Virus record (IMG/VR): IMGVR_UViG_3300031890_000041 | Span: 1 to 28,324 of that record | DNA from: a virus | Taxonomy: Duplodnaviria; Caudoviricetes | DNA length: 28,324 nucleotides | Strand: one strand, 5' to 3' | Shown here: positions 17,372-26,716 of the stretch, piece by piece | Position numbering within the stretch: the stretch's first letter is position 1 | Layout: the number at the start of each line of letters is the position of its first letter | Notes under the pieces: model-generated | The model's input: only the letters and a program-made list of their open reading frames with translations | Database searches by the model: none | Told to the model about the DNA's origin: nothing | Position numbers and translations under genes: made by a program

Positions 17372-18121
17372 ATGGGCAAAAATCTCTTAGCCGATACCGA
17401 TTACACTGACGGGCGTGATCAACGGTTTGTGCATGCAGTTGTAATTGGCAAGGTCTCCAAGCTGGAAGTAAGCGAGAAAGGCGCGAACATGCGCGTCATC
17501 ATGCCGGATAAGATCGATCACACCGGCAACCCGCTCATCACCAAGCCTGTGCCGATGCTGCAAATCTCAGCTGGCGGTAAAAAGAGTTTCGCCATGCCGC
17601 GCGTCGGGCAGAACGTGTTGATGGTAAAACTGCCCAATTCAACGTCGAGTTACGCTGCGATAGGACATTTCTACACAACCAAGGTGCCACCGCCCGTGAC
17701 GGATCCGATGGTTGATTACTGTGAATGGGAAGGCGGCCACAGCGAGAAATTCGACGCTAACAGCGGTGCCGATCCGTTTCTGACGCAGGATTTCAAAGGC
17801 GGCTGGAAAGCGACGATTGCCAAGGCCGTCAACATCGCCACGACTGGCGGCGCAGCGATCAACTTGACAAGCGACGGTGATACGAACATCAAATCAAATT
17901 CCGGCAATATCACCGTGAACGCGCCGAGTGGTACGGTTACGATCGAGCAGCAGAACATCACGCTCAAAGGCACTGTCACCATCCAGGGCAACATCAATCA
18001 CACCGGCAACATGACCACCAGCGGAGTGCATATTGACAGCCTTGGCCATCATACTAACGCCGTTGCGCTGGAGGAACGAATCGCTGCACTGGAAGCGCGC
18101 ATTGCTGCGCTGGAGGCATGA
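17372..18121 (+). CDS. Baseplate spike, gpV-like
   Basis: OB-fold N-terminus (IGKVS...RV...MPRVGQNV), beta-helix repeats and a His-containing tip, followed by a short coiled coil. Confidence 0.88.
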   Translation: MGKNLLADTDYTDGRDQRFVHAVVIGKVSKLEVSEKGANMRVIMPDKIDHTGNPLITKPVPMLQISAGGKKSFAMPRVGQNVLMVKLPNSTSSYAAIGHFYTTKVPPPVTDPMVDYCEWEGGHSEKFDANSGADPFLTQDFKGGWKATIAKAVNIATTGGAAINLTSDGDTNIKSNSGNITVNAPSGTVTIEQQNITLKGTVTIQGNINHTGNMTTSGVHIDSLGHHTNAVALEERIAALEARIAALEA

Positions 18122-18127
18122 CGCAAG

Positions 18128-18580
18128 ATGGAAGAAGGCACATACGGCTCGATTATCTTCGGCAGGAAAAATCAGCGTATCCATACGTTCTATGAAATCC
18201 TGCGGGACTACAAAGGGCGCTTCGGCGCGCACATGGTTCACTTGCGCAAGCCGCTTCTGGAATGGGCTGGGAACGATCTCATTAAAATTGATATGCGATT
18301 CAAGCTGAACGCGGCGTGGTGTGGCGATCCGAATGTGATCTTGATAGAGTGGCATTTTCTGCTGGAAGGCGGATATGCTGCGCCGCTCATCATCGGTGGC
18401 AGACCGATGGCTCCCGACCAATCGCTGTTTGTGATCACAGAAATGAAGGAAAATCACAAGCACTGGCTCACGGGCGGCAGATTGATTGCAGTCGAGCTTG
18501 ATGTTCATTTTGAGGAATACATTCCGTTTGCGGAATCGGGCGCCGCGCTATCGCCAACTGGCATACCGGGATTTGGCTGA
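18128..18580 (+). CDS. P2 GpU-like tail protein
   Basis: Motifs G.YGSIIF, H.V...KPLLEW.G, PLIIGG, FVITE and V.FEEY. Confidence 0.85.
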   Translation: MEEGTYGSIIFGRKNQRIHTFYEILRDYKGRFGAHMVHLRKPLLEWAGNDLIKIDMRFKLNAAWCGDPNVILIEWHFLLEGGYAAPLIIGGRPMAPDQSLFVITEMKENHKHWLTGGRLIAVELDVHFEEYIPFAESGAALSPTGIPGFG

Positions 18581-19308
18581 TGGCGATTACTCAAACAATT
18601 CCAACCGCGGCCGGCGCTTATACACCGCAGCTGGGCGCAAACTGGCGACTGCAATTCATCGAGCCTGACGGATTACCGCTGACGATGGCGGGTTTGGAAG
18701 AAATCGATTTCGGCGCAATCAGCTACAAAGAGATTTTCCAAAACGTTAAAACCATTCTGGCGACGGCGCTTTACAGCGCGCCACTGGAGCGAACGCTAGG
18801 GCTAGACCAGACGATCGTGGACACCCCGATAAATAGCACAGGGCCGCTAACCATAGCGATACTGGCCGCAGTCAATCAATGGGAGCCGCGTTGCTCTGTC
18901 ATGAATATCAATTTTGAAGCCGACGCGATCAATGGGCATCTGGTCCTTCTCTTGCAATTAGACATTAAGAACGTGATTTATCAGACGAACACACCTTATG
19001 CAGTCAATAGCATCACACCTCAACCACAGCAGCAGCAACTACCTCCTGATATGAGTACTACACCAATTCCTGGCCCGCCGGGCCCTCCCGGCCCACAAGG
19101 CCCGCGCGGAAGCTTGTGGTATGTAGGGAGTACAGATCCCGGCCCCGGTCTCGGCACGCCACAGAACCCAGTGCAAGCGCAAGATATGTATCTGAACACG
19201 ACAACCGGCGATGTTTTCCAATTTACTTCTGCGAGCAGCACCGTTGCTAGTCGTTGGGCGAAAATCAAACAAGGAAACAAGTATAATGTCGTGGACGAAC
19301 GTCGCTAA
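18580..19308 (+). CDS. Baseplate wedge protein, gp25/W-like, with collagen-like C-terminal extension
   Basis: EIFQNVKTIL.T...S.PL.R..G...D.P and A..QWEPR core, then GPPGPPGPQGPRG and DMYLNTTTGDVF. Confidence 0.85.
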   Translation: MAITQTIPTAAGAYTPQLGANWRLQFIEPDGLPLTMAGLEEIDFGAISYKEIFQNVKTILATALYSAPLERTLGLDQTIVDTPINSTGPLTIAILAAVNQWEPRCSVMNINFEADAINGHLVLLLQLDIKNVIYQTNTPYAVNSITPQPQQQQLPPDMSTTPIPGPPGPPGPQGPRGSLWYVGSTDPGPGLGTPQNPVQAQDMYLNTTTGDVFQFTSASSTVASRWAKIKQGNKYNVVDERR

Positions 19309-20233
19309 CATCACAGGGCCACCAGGCAGTGGCGGCGGCGGCACGGATGTCGCCAGTCTGTCTCTGCCTAATGTTTTCCAGAGGGAAGATACGTTTTCTG
19401 GAATTCGGTTTGGGGATATTACCCTAGTCACTGCTGGCACGTACACCGCTCTTCCGACTGATTGCGTTATATTGTGTGACTGCACAACCAGTGACGTAAT
19501 AGTTAACCTGCCGCCAGCTGTGGGCAACGGCCAGAGCTATCGAATCCGCAGGATAGATTCTTCGACTAATCAGGTTCGTATTCGGCCAGCTACAGGGGAA
19601 ACGATAGACGGTATCACAATGGTCGCCTTGATTGATATTCAGGACCGAGTTCTAATCACGGACATCTTACCGCAGCTTTGGGATTTAGCGACCCCTCTCA
19701 CGCTAGCCGATACCGCGGAACCGAATACATTTCCACAGCCCACAACACTTAAGGGGTTACGCCTTGGATCACCACTAACGAAAACCGACGACTATGTGGT
19801 TCAATCTACCGATACAGAGATTTTAGTCGATTGCTCTGTCTTAAATAAGGACATCAATATTACATTGCCTCTAGCGAATGCCACCGGGCAGCTTCTCCAT
19901 ATCAAGAAGATCGATTCCATTGCACGAAACGTTATCATAAGTACCCAAGGTTCTCCCCCTGACCTCATCGATGGATCCAGTTCACTCAGCCTCGGTGATC
20001 CTGGAGCTGATGCTCTTTTAATCGCTGGCGATGTTGGCTACTGGGACAACACCGGTCCCACGATGGACAACGTCATGTTTTTCCCATGGTATGGTACTCT
20101 GGCAGCGATTGGCGCAGACCAAGGTCTTTACATTTTCAATCCTGACCAGACCAAATTTCACCTCCTACAAGTCCGTGGGGCAGCAGGCGCGGAATATATC
20201 ACCATCGGCCCGGGCGTAACGCAACCGCCATGA
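19286..20233 (+). CDS. Fibre-associated protein with two tandem ~100-aa repeats
   Basis: Likely start ATG 19286 (AAGGA upstream). The pattern Y....TD..IL.DC......LP.A...GQ...I..IDS...V.I....IDG occurs twice. Confidence 0.75.
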   Translation: MSWTNVANITGPPGSGGGGTDVASLSLPNVFQREDTFSGIRFGDITLVTAGTYTALPTDCVILCDCTTSDVIVNLPPAVGNGQSYRIRRIDSSTNQVRIRPATGETIDGITMVALIDIQDRVLITDILPQLWDLATPLTLADTAEPNTFPQPTTLKGLRLGSPLTKTDDYVVQSTDTEILVDCSVLNKDINITLPLANATGQLLHIKKIDSIARNVIISTQGSPPDLIDGSSSLSLGDPGADALLIAGDVGYWDNTGPTMDNVMFFPWYGTLAAIGADQGLYIFNPDQTKFHLLQVRGAAGAEYITIGPGVTQPP

Positions 20234-21897
20234 AAACTGCAATTCTGCTTATATCAATGCTGCTTGTGAGAGCGACTTCTACTCTCGCACAGACTAGCGC
20301 CGTCACGGTTGGTTCTACTGGTACGACGCAACCGCCAGTCACAAAGTTGACGATGCAGGGCACTTCTTTGTGGATCATGACCGGTAGCGGAAATCCCAAT
20401 GGAGTGGTGACCGCCAGTCCACCGAGTCTTTACCTGGATTCGCTTGGCGGCGTTCTCTACATTAAAACCAGCGGCACGGGGAGCACGGGCTGGACTCCTC
20501 CGAGTGGCGGCACGGGCGGCACGCCTGGCAATCCAACTTCTAAAGTCGGTCCAACGGCGATAAACGGCGTCCTCACAACTTTCATGCCCAGTGACGCAGC
20601 GCCAGCGCTCGCCAATACAACTGTAACTCCCGGAACCTACACCAACACTACTCTCACCGTTGACGCGCAAGGAAGACTCACCGCGGCTTCTAACGGTGCT
20701 GCTGGTGGAGCGCCAACAACCGCCACATACATGCTTAAGAGCGCGAATGGCTCGCTTCCGAATGCGTTTTCGTATTCCAGTCTTGGCAACGGCATCCTGA
20801 AAAACACCACTGTTGCTGGAGTCGGAACACCAAGCATAGCTGTTGCAGGCACCGATTACCTCAATGCAAACCAGACAATCACGCTGAGTGGTGACGTTAC
20901 AGGCAGCGGATCGAGCGCTATTCCAGCTCTGATCCCCCCGGGGACCATCACTGACGCCAAATCCTCGTTGCTTGTCAAACCTGCCTGCGCTCTTGTAGCG
21001 GATTCGGCGACCGGCAATCTTACTCTGTCCGGCGAACAAACCATTGACGGTCAATTAACGGCAAGCACGCTCGTTCTCGCCACGGCGCAGACTACCGGCT
21101 CACAAAATGGTCCATGGGTAACGGGGCCAGGCGCATGGACAAGGCCCGGGTGGTACACGAGCGGCAGCACGACACAGGCCCCGCCATACCTGACTACGTT
21201 TATCCGACTGGGCACCACTTACCAGGGCTCAACTTGGAGAATGACAACGGCAGGCGTTACGATCGACACGACGGGTACGACATGGGTGCAGACCCCCACA
21301 AATGTTAATCTTGCCACTGGCGTTCTACCTCCGGGAAATGTCACCAATCCACTCAATCAAAACACAACGGGTTCGGCGGCAACGCTCACTACAACCAGAA
21401 CTTTGTGGGGTCAGAATTTTAATGGAGCAGCGAACGTCAGTGGACCGATCCAGCTTGGCACATTAGGAACAACCGACACCACACTGGATCGTTCAAGCGC
21501 TGGAGTACTTTCGGTTGCTGGCGTTGTCGTTCCGACTCTCTCCAGCACCAGTACGCTTACAAATAAGCGGATTGCGCGCCGGGTGGATCTTCAGATTTCG
21601 CCCGGAACATCCTATACTGTAAACCCCGACAATTTTGACGGAGTAGGTCTTAGCGGGCTAGGCACAGGAACCTTTACCTTTAACGCTACCACCGGAAGTC
21701 CGACACCCATGCAGACATTTTTGATTCGAATCGACGAAGGTGCGTCAGCTCACACGCTGGCGTGGAATGCTGCATACCGGACTGTGTGTGTCGCGTTTCC
21801 AACCACAACCGTAATAAACAAAACCACCTACGTTTTGGTTATCTGGAATTCTACGGGTGCAACGTGGGATTCGCTGGCTGCCGGGACTCAGCCATGA
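20230..21897 (+). CDS. Fibre-like protein with N-terminal signal peptide
   Basis: Starts MKTAILLISMLLVRATSTLA-Q. Carries phage fibre motifs GNPNGVVTA..SLYL, VTPGTYTNTTLTVDAQGRLTAASNG, LSGEQTIDG and RTLWGQNFNG. Confidence 0.78.
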   Translation: MKTAILLISMLLVRATSTLAQTSAVTVGSTGTTQPPVTKLTMQGTSLWIMTGSGNPNGVVTASPPSLYLDSLGGVLYIKTSGTGSTGWTPPSGGTGGTPGNPTSKVGPTAINGVLTTFMPSDAAPALANTTVTPGTYTNTTLTVDAQGRLTAASNGAAGGAPTTATYMLKSANGSLPNAFSYSSLGNGILKNTTVAGVGTPSIAVAGTDYLNANQTITLSGDVTGSGSSAIPALIPPGTITDAKSSLLVKPACALVADSATGNLTLSGEQTIDGQLTASTLVLATAQTTGSQNGPWVTGPGAWTRPGWYTSGSTTQAPPYLTTFIRLGTTYQGSTWRMTTAGVTIDTTGTTWVQTPTNVNLATGVLPPGNVTNPLNQNTTGSAATLTTTRTLWGQNFNGAANVSGPIQLGTLGTTDTTLDRSSAGVLSVAGVVVPTLSSTSTLTNKRIARRVDLQISPGTSYTVNPDNFDGVGLSGLGTGTFTFNATTGSPTPMQTFLIRIDEGASAHTLAWNAAYRTVCVAFPTTTVINKTTYVLVIWNSTGATWDSLAAGTQP

Positions 21898-22691
21898 AAC
21901 GTTTGATCTCCATTTTACTGCTCGTTTCGGCTTTCCGGCTGGATGCCGCCCTCACGCTGATCGATCAGGGATTTACAGCAGGTACCGGAAGCGCAGTAGC
22001 GACTCTATCAATGAGTCCCAATACCGCTATGGTGGTAGGAGATACCGGGATAGTGCTCTTGACGTGGTCAAATAGCGGATCGGGTGGCAGCACTAAAATT
22101 TTCACGCAAGCGACTTTCACAGACCCTAAAGGGAACGTTTGGACACGGCAACTGGACGCGATTTATCACCCGGGCGCCGCTAATTCAGGAGTCGAAATTG
22201 CTGCTTACACCACCCCGATTACGACCCAAATCGGGGTCACTGACTCAATAACAGTCACAGCTTCGACCGCTACCACTTCCAGAATAGGATACCTTTACGA
22301 GGCCCGCGGACTAAACGGCCCTCCCACGTTCGTGGCGGCTGCTGCTGCTTGCGATGGATGCACAACCGGCCAGACCAGCACCACGCCGGGAGTTACGAGT
22401 TCATCTATCACCACTGGCGATGCGATTGTTGCGTGGAATGGACAAAAGGATAATGGCGCTGTAACCGGATCTAGCGATACCACCAATGGCACATGGTCTC
22501 CGGTGGGCACTGTTAATGCCAGCACGAGCTTTCGCATATCGTTGCAATCCAAAATTGTTACAGGGACCGGAACGATCCCGTGGTTTATCTCGATCGCGAA
22601 TAGTGTCGCGTGGAACTCGGCATGGATTCAACTAAGGGAAGCTCTTGTGACGCAATCGGCAACAAATGGATTCATGATTTTGGCGAAATAG
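21894..22691 (+). CDS. Secreted-type Thr/Ser/Gly-rich beta protein with signal peptide
   Basis: Start ATG 21894 by ATGA overlap: MKRLISILLLVSAFRLDA-A. Predicted all-beta, with one CxxC. Confidence 0.72.
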   Translation: MKRLISILLLVSAFRLDAALTLIDQGFTAGTGSAVATLSMSPNTAMVVGDTGIVLLTWSNSGSGGSTKIFTQATFTDPKGNVWTRQLDAIYHPGAANSGVEIAAYTTPITTQIGVTDSITVTASTATTSRIGYLYEARGLNGPPTFVAAAAACDGCTTGQTSTTPGVTSSSITTGDAIVAWNGQKDNGAVTGSSDTTNGTWSPVGTVNASTSFRISLQSKIVTGTGTIPWFISIANSVAWNSAWIQLREALVTQSATNGFMILAK

Positions 22692-22702
22692 GAAAAACTA
22701 AA

Positions 22703-25700
22703 ATGAAAAGACTTCTTCTCTCTATTGCGGTACTGCTGGCGGCGATCTGTATCAGCTTATTCATTTTACAAAGGCCTTATAGCCTTGGTCAAACTAATCC
22801 TGGATGTGGCACGGGAGGTTGCATTTCCGATGGCTGTGATGTTGATACTACTTCAAATCCACAGGGTCCAGTTTGTACGCCTTCACCAGGTACTAATCCT
22901 CATTCTATTCAGTACTTCCATGATCAGGTCGCAAATCCAGGCGACACAATCATAGTGCCAGCAGGAACGTATCACTGGGGAGACGGGGTCAGTATCAGTA
23001 AAGGCATAACTATTAAGGGTTCAACTCAAATCAGTAACGCCGGGGGTTATCCGTGCGCGCAGGCTAGTCCTCCCACCCTTTGCGCAAGTGCCAATGACGG
23101 CCTTCCGACTGGCACTAATGCCGGTACCGTTATCATTGACGATATGGCTCATCCTGCTCCTGGCGGCTCTGTTTTACTTAAAGCTAATATCCCAGGCGGA
23201 TCATCAAATCCTGGGTACTACCTAATCGGGATAACCTTCCAAGGTCATGAGACAGGTCAAACTACGGCTAATGACGGCGCGATTCGAATTAACAATACAA
23301 CCGGGCTGGTCACTGCCCGGATAAATAACTGCCATTTCTATCATTTGAAATGGGGTGCAGCCGTAATGATTCAGGGTTGGGTGAACGGAGTGGATGATCA
23401 TAATCTATTCGAGCAGGGAGATGGCGTCAATCACTCGCACATGTTTGTTAATGGAGCTAATGAAGACAACGCTCACGGGAACGGCGCGTGGGCTGATGGT
23501 CCAATGTATGGCAGCGGTAATTTCTGGTTTTTAGAAGACAATACCATCGCTGGGCTGGGTGCGAACAGCATAAGTAATACCAGCGGTGGACTTGATTGCG
23601 TGATCGGTGGCAGATACGTCGCCCGCCATAATTACTTTTGGAAAGCGCAGCCCAATGGTCACGGAACTGAAGGGGGAGTTGATCGTGGAATGCGAGCAAA
23701 CCAAGTTTACCAGAACACGTTCAACTGGCCGAAAATTTTGCCTAACGGGAATGCAGGGCCTCTTCCAGGCGGTGAAATGAGGAGCGGGAGTTCTATCTGG
23801 CATGACAATGTTTGGATCGGGCAGTATAATGCATCAAATCCGCTCCATACGGGACTGGCTGATTTTCGTCAGTTTGGAGCGGTAGGCTACGGTCTCTACC
23901 CTAGTCAGACCAATAATTCTTGGGGACAAGCAGATGGAGCTAATCCTTGGGATAATAACGCTGATCCGACGAATACCGCTCCCCCACTCTACACAGGGCT
24001 GGTAACGGCGGCCAGTAGCCCCGCTTGCATCAGGCCCCCTCCCTATAACAGCAGCAACACTTGCGGGGGTGGTATCACCAAAGCAATCGGAATTAACGTG
24101 CCGTTGCCATCTCCGTTACCGCAGGGATTGGAGATTCGATTGGATGCTACGGCGACCCCAGCGGCGACCCCAGCAGGGACTCCGTTTCAAAACGCTGTTG
24201 GCCGTAGTGCCGGTTTCTTAAATGTGATTTCGTCCGACAGTACCAGTTCGATAATTAGTTATTACTTTTACAATAGCGGTGATCGCGGAGCGCCGCTTCT
24301 TTTTGGTGTTGGCGATACATTTAGCATCCGGCAGCTAAATGTAGGGCTGGATCAATGCGGACACGGAAAAGGCGATGTTGTAGTTGCGGGCCAAACCACT
24401 CCCCATAACCTCAATCAGCAACTAGAACCCTGTTATTCATGGAACAACGTGAACCTTGATGCGAACGGGGCACCGCTCGGGTTTAACTGCACTGTGGTTC
24501 CGACCATACATTCAGGAACGGACTACATTAACTATGGGACAAGCCCGCCACCCCCACTGCCAGGGCATTCAATTCCGAGTGACGTAGCGAACCTCTATAG
24601 CCTGGCAACAAATTGCGGAAGCCCCACTCCCGCGCCCGGCTGCGGTGCTTATACTGACGAATACCAATATCCACATCCTTTAAATGATGGACCCAGACCG
24701 CCGCCTCCGCCGAGTCCGACGCCGACACCAATAGCGGGAACGCCTAGTCCGACACCCACTGCAACGCCCACCCCAATTAAAACCCCGACTTCCACTCCGA
24801 CTGCGACTTTCACTCCTACCCCAACCCCGTCAGCGACTTTCACTCCAACGCCCACCCCGACTTGTCCAGTCTTGGTTGCGCCATCGAATCTCAATTGTAC
24901 AACGATCTCAACGACTCAGATCAATCTTTCATGGCAAAATAATTCCACCGCACAAGATAACATTTTCATATGGCGACGAACTGGCACTGCGTCCTTTGCC
25001 CAGATTGCTACTCAGGGCGGATCCACGACTACCTCTCAGGATACGCTACTTCAGCCTAACACGACATACGATTACGAAGTCCAAACGCATTCGGTTCTGT
25101 GTGGAGATTCCGCTTTGAGCAATATCGCCACCTGCACCACCGTGGCGCTACCTACTCCGACCGCCACGGCTACGTATACGCCAACTCCCACGCCTACATT
25201 TACTCCAACGCCAACGCCAAGTGCGACGCCAAGTGCGACGCCAACTGCCACGTTTACCCCTACGCCGACACCGACTTTTACGCCGACACCGACTCCCACT
25301 CCAACTGCTGCCTCGTTCGTCGGAGTAATCCTTTCCACGCAACCGACACATCTGGTCGGCTACTGGAAGTGCAATGAGACTAGTGGGACTACGCTCAGCG
25401 ATTCTTCTGGCAACGCCAAGGATCTTAGCATTACAGGCGCGATTGGCACTAATTACTGGCTAGGAGAAACCGGGGAGCAAGGCGGCTGCTTCCGAACCGA
25501 CGGGGTAACGGGCTACGCCTCTCGAAATGATTCTGTGATCCTGAGTCTCGATAATCAGGACTTCACTTTTTACGCGCTCGTCAATGGCGGCCTTGATTTT
25601 GCGAGTGGTGCTGCCGTCGGGATTAGTAATTCTGCTTCAGCTAGCAATCTCGTAAGAACGGGACAAGCTACGGGAGTTAGTGCTGCCTCGGGTTACGCTC

Positions 25701-26716
25701 GTGGAAATACCGGACAAATGCTCAATCCCATTAATGGCGGCGTAGCGTTCGATAATACATGGCATTCAATCACCTTCCGGCGAACCGGCGCGGTCTTTGA
25801 CCTCTACGTTGATGGCGTCCGGCAAATCTCCTCGACTACGACTCTCACGGCAGCGAGCACATGTAACCGAACTTCACTAATGAAGAACCTGAGTAATGGT
25901 AGCAATCCTTTGGGCAAAGGCAGTATTCAGCACGCCGCAATCTGGAATAGTTCCTTACTGGATACTGAGATTGCTTCGATTCAGACAGCACGGAGCTTTA
26001 ATCCTGCGCCGACACCAACGGCTACTCCTACTCCCACGCCAACCCCCGTTGCGACTCCTGCTGCTCCCAGCGGCCTAAGCGCTACCGGTACCGGGTGCCA
26101 GCAGATCACGCTTACGTGGACTAGAAATTCTACTAATGAGACCGGATTTAACATTCAGCGCAGCTCTGGAGGGTGTACTTCATTTCTGGCAGTTACTCAG
26201 ACTGGGGCGGGTGTGACAACGTACGTGGATACTCCGCCTACCAGCGGCACTTTCTGCTATCAGGTGAACGCATTCAATGCCGGCGGAAATTCGGGTTTCA
26301 CCAATCAGGCTTCCGCTACCACTCTCTCATGCGTGACGCCTAGTCCGACACCTACGGCAACTCCGAGCGCAACACCTAGTGCTACAGCAACGGCTACTGC
26401 TACGCCAACGCCCGCTGCACAGGTTCCCGGGCCCGTCCAGAGTTTACGCGTAATGAGCCAGGGTGGGACGACCAATTTACTGGTCTGGCAGCAAAACGAT
26501 CCGAGTGACGCCGTCATTTATTATAATATTCAGCGGGCAAAAGGTGGAAGCAGTAGTTACCAGCAGATCGACACAGTTAATCCGCCTCTTCCCGGTGCGA
26601 CTCCGTGGTACGATGCGACGCACAAGTTACAGGGCCGCAAGACCACATTCAGGGTCTCCGCTCACAATGTCACCGGGGACGGTCCACCGAGCTACAGCGT
26701 GACGATACAGAGATGA
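22703..26716 (+). CDS. Large exported multidomain protein: beta-helix-like region, PT linkers, three FN3-like domains and a LamG-like domain
   Basis: Starts MKRLLLSIAVLLAAICISLFIL. Asn-ladder repeats (INNCHF, DHNLF, LEDNTI, ARHNYF, YQNTF). FN3-like APSNL...INLSWQ...Y.Y.V. LamG-like GYWKCNETSGT..DSSGN, WHSITF...LYVDG, AIWNSSL...EI. Confidence 0.82.
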   Translation: MKRLLLSIAVLLAAICISLFILQRPYSLGQTNPGCGTGGCISDGCDVDTTSNPQGPVCTPSPGTNPHSIQYFHDQVANPGDTIIVPAGTYHWGDGVSISKGITIKGSTQISNAGGYPCAQASPPTLCASANDGLPTGTNAGTVIIDDMAHPAPGGSVLLKANIPGGSSNPGYYLIGITFQGHETGQTTANDGAIRINNTTGLVTARINNCHFYHLKWGAAVMIQGWVNGVDDHNLFEQGDGVNHSHMFVNGANEDNAHGNGAWADGPMYGSGNFWFLEDNTIAGLGANSISNTSGGLDCVIGGRYVARHNYFWKAQPNGHGTEGGVDRGMRANQVYQNTFNWPKILPNGNAGPLPGGEMRSGSSIWHDNVWIGQYNASNPLHTGLADFRQFGAVGYGLYPSQTNNSWGQADGANPWDNNADPTNTAPPLYTGLVTAASSPACIRPPPYNSSNTCGGGITKAIGINVPLPSPLPQGLEIRLDATATPAATPAGTPFQNAVGRSAGFLNVISSDSTSSIISYYFYNSGDRGAPLLFGVGDTFSIRQLNVGLDQCGHGKGDVVVAGQTTPHNLNQQLEPCYSWNNVNLDANGAPLGFNCTVVPTIHSGTDYINYGTSPPPPLPGHSIPSDVANLYSLATNCGSPTPAPGCGAYTDEYQYPHPLNDGPRPPPPPSPTPTPIAGTPSPTPTATPTPIKTPTSTPTATFTPTPTPSATFTPTPTPTCPVLVAPSNLNCTTISTTQINLSWQNNSTAQDNIFIWRRTGTASFAQIATQGGSTTTSQDTLLQPNTTYDYEVQTHSVLCGDSALSNIATCTTVALPTPTATATYTPTPTPTFTPTPTPSATPSATPTATFTPTPTPTFTPTPTPTPTAASFVGVILSTQPTHLVGYWKCNETSGTTLSDSSGNAKDLSITGAIGTNYWLGETGEQGGCFRTDGVTGYASRNDSVILSLDNQDFTFYALVNGGLDFASGAAVGISNSASASNLVRTGQATGVSAASGYARGNTGQMLNPINGGVAFDNTWHSITFRRTGAVFDLYVDGVRQISSTTTLTAASTCNRTSLMKNLSNGSNPLGKGSIQHAAIWNSSLLDTEIASIQTARSFNPAPTPTATPTPTPTPVATPAAPSGLSATGTGCQQITLTWTRNSTNETGFNIQRSSGGCTSFLAVTQTGAGVTTYVDTPPTSGTFCYQVNAFNAGGNSGFTNQASATTLSCVTPSPTPTATPSATPSATATATATPTPAAQVPGPVQSLRVMSQGGTTNLLVWQQNDPSDAVIYYNIQRAKGGSSSYQQIDTVNPPLPGATPWYDATHKLQGRKTTFRVSAHNVTGDGPPSYSVTIQR
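24695..26413 (+). repeat. Four Pro-Thr-rich linker tracts (about 24695-24861, 25151-25306, 26003-26060, 26336-26413)
   Basis: PTPTPT and ATFTPTPT repeats separate the domains of the large ORF. Confidence 0.88.

Noticed and set aside
24695-26413. PT repeats as a possible CRISPR array, or fibre repeats as a DGR or invertible system
   Set aside because: The repeats are degenerate at synonymous positions and in-frame coding. No spacers, reverse transcriptase, adenine-specific repeat pair or invertase were seen.
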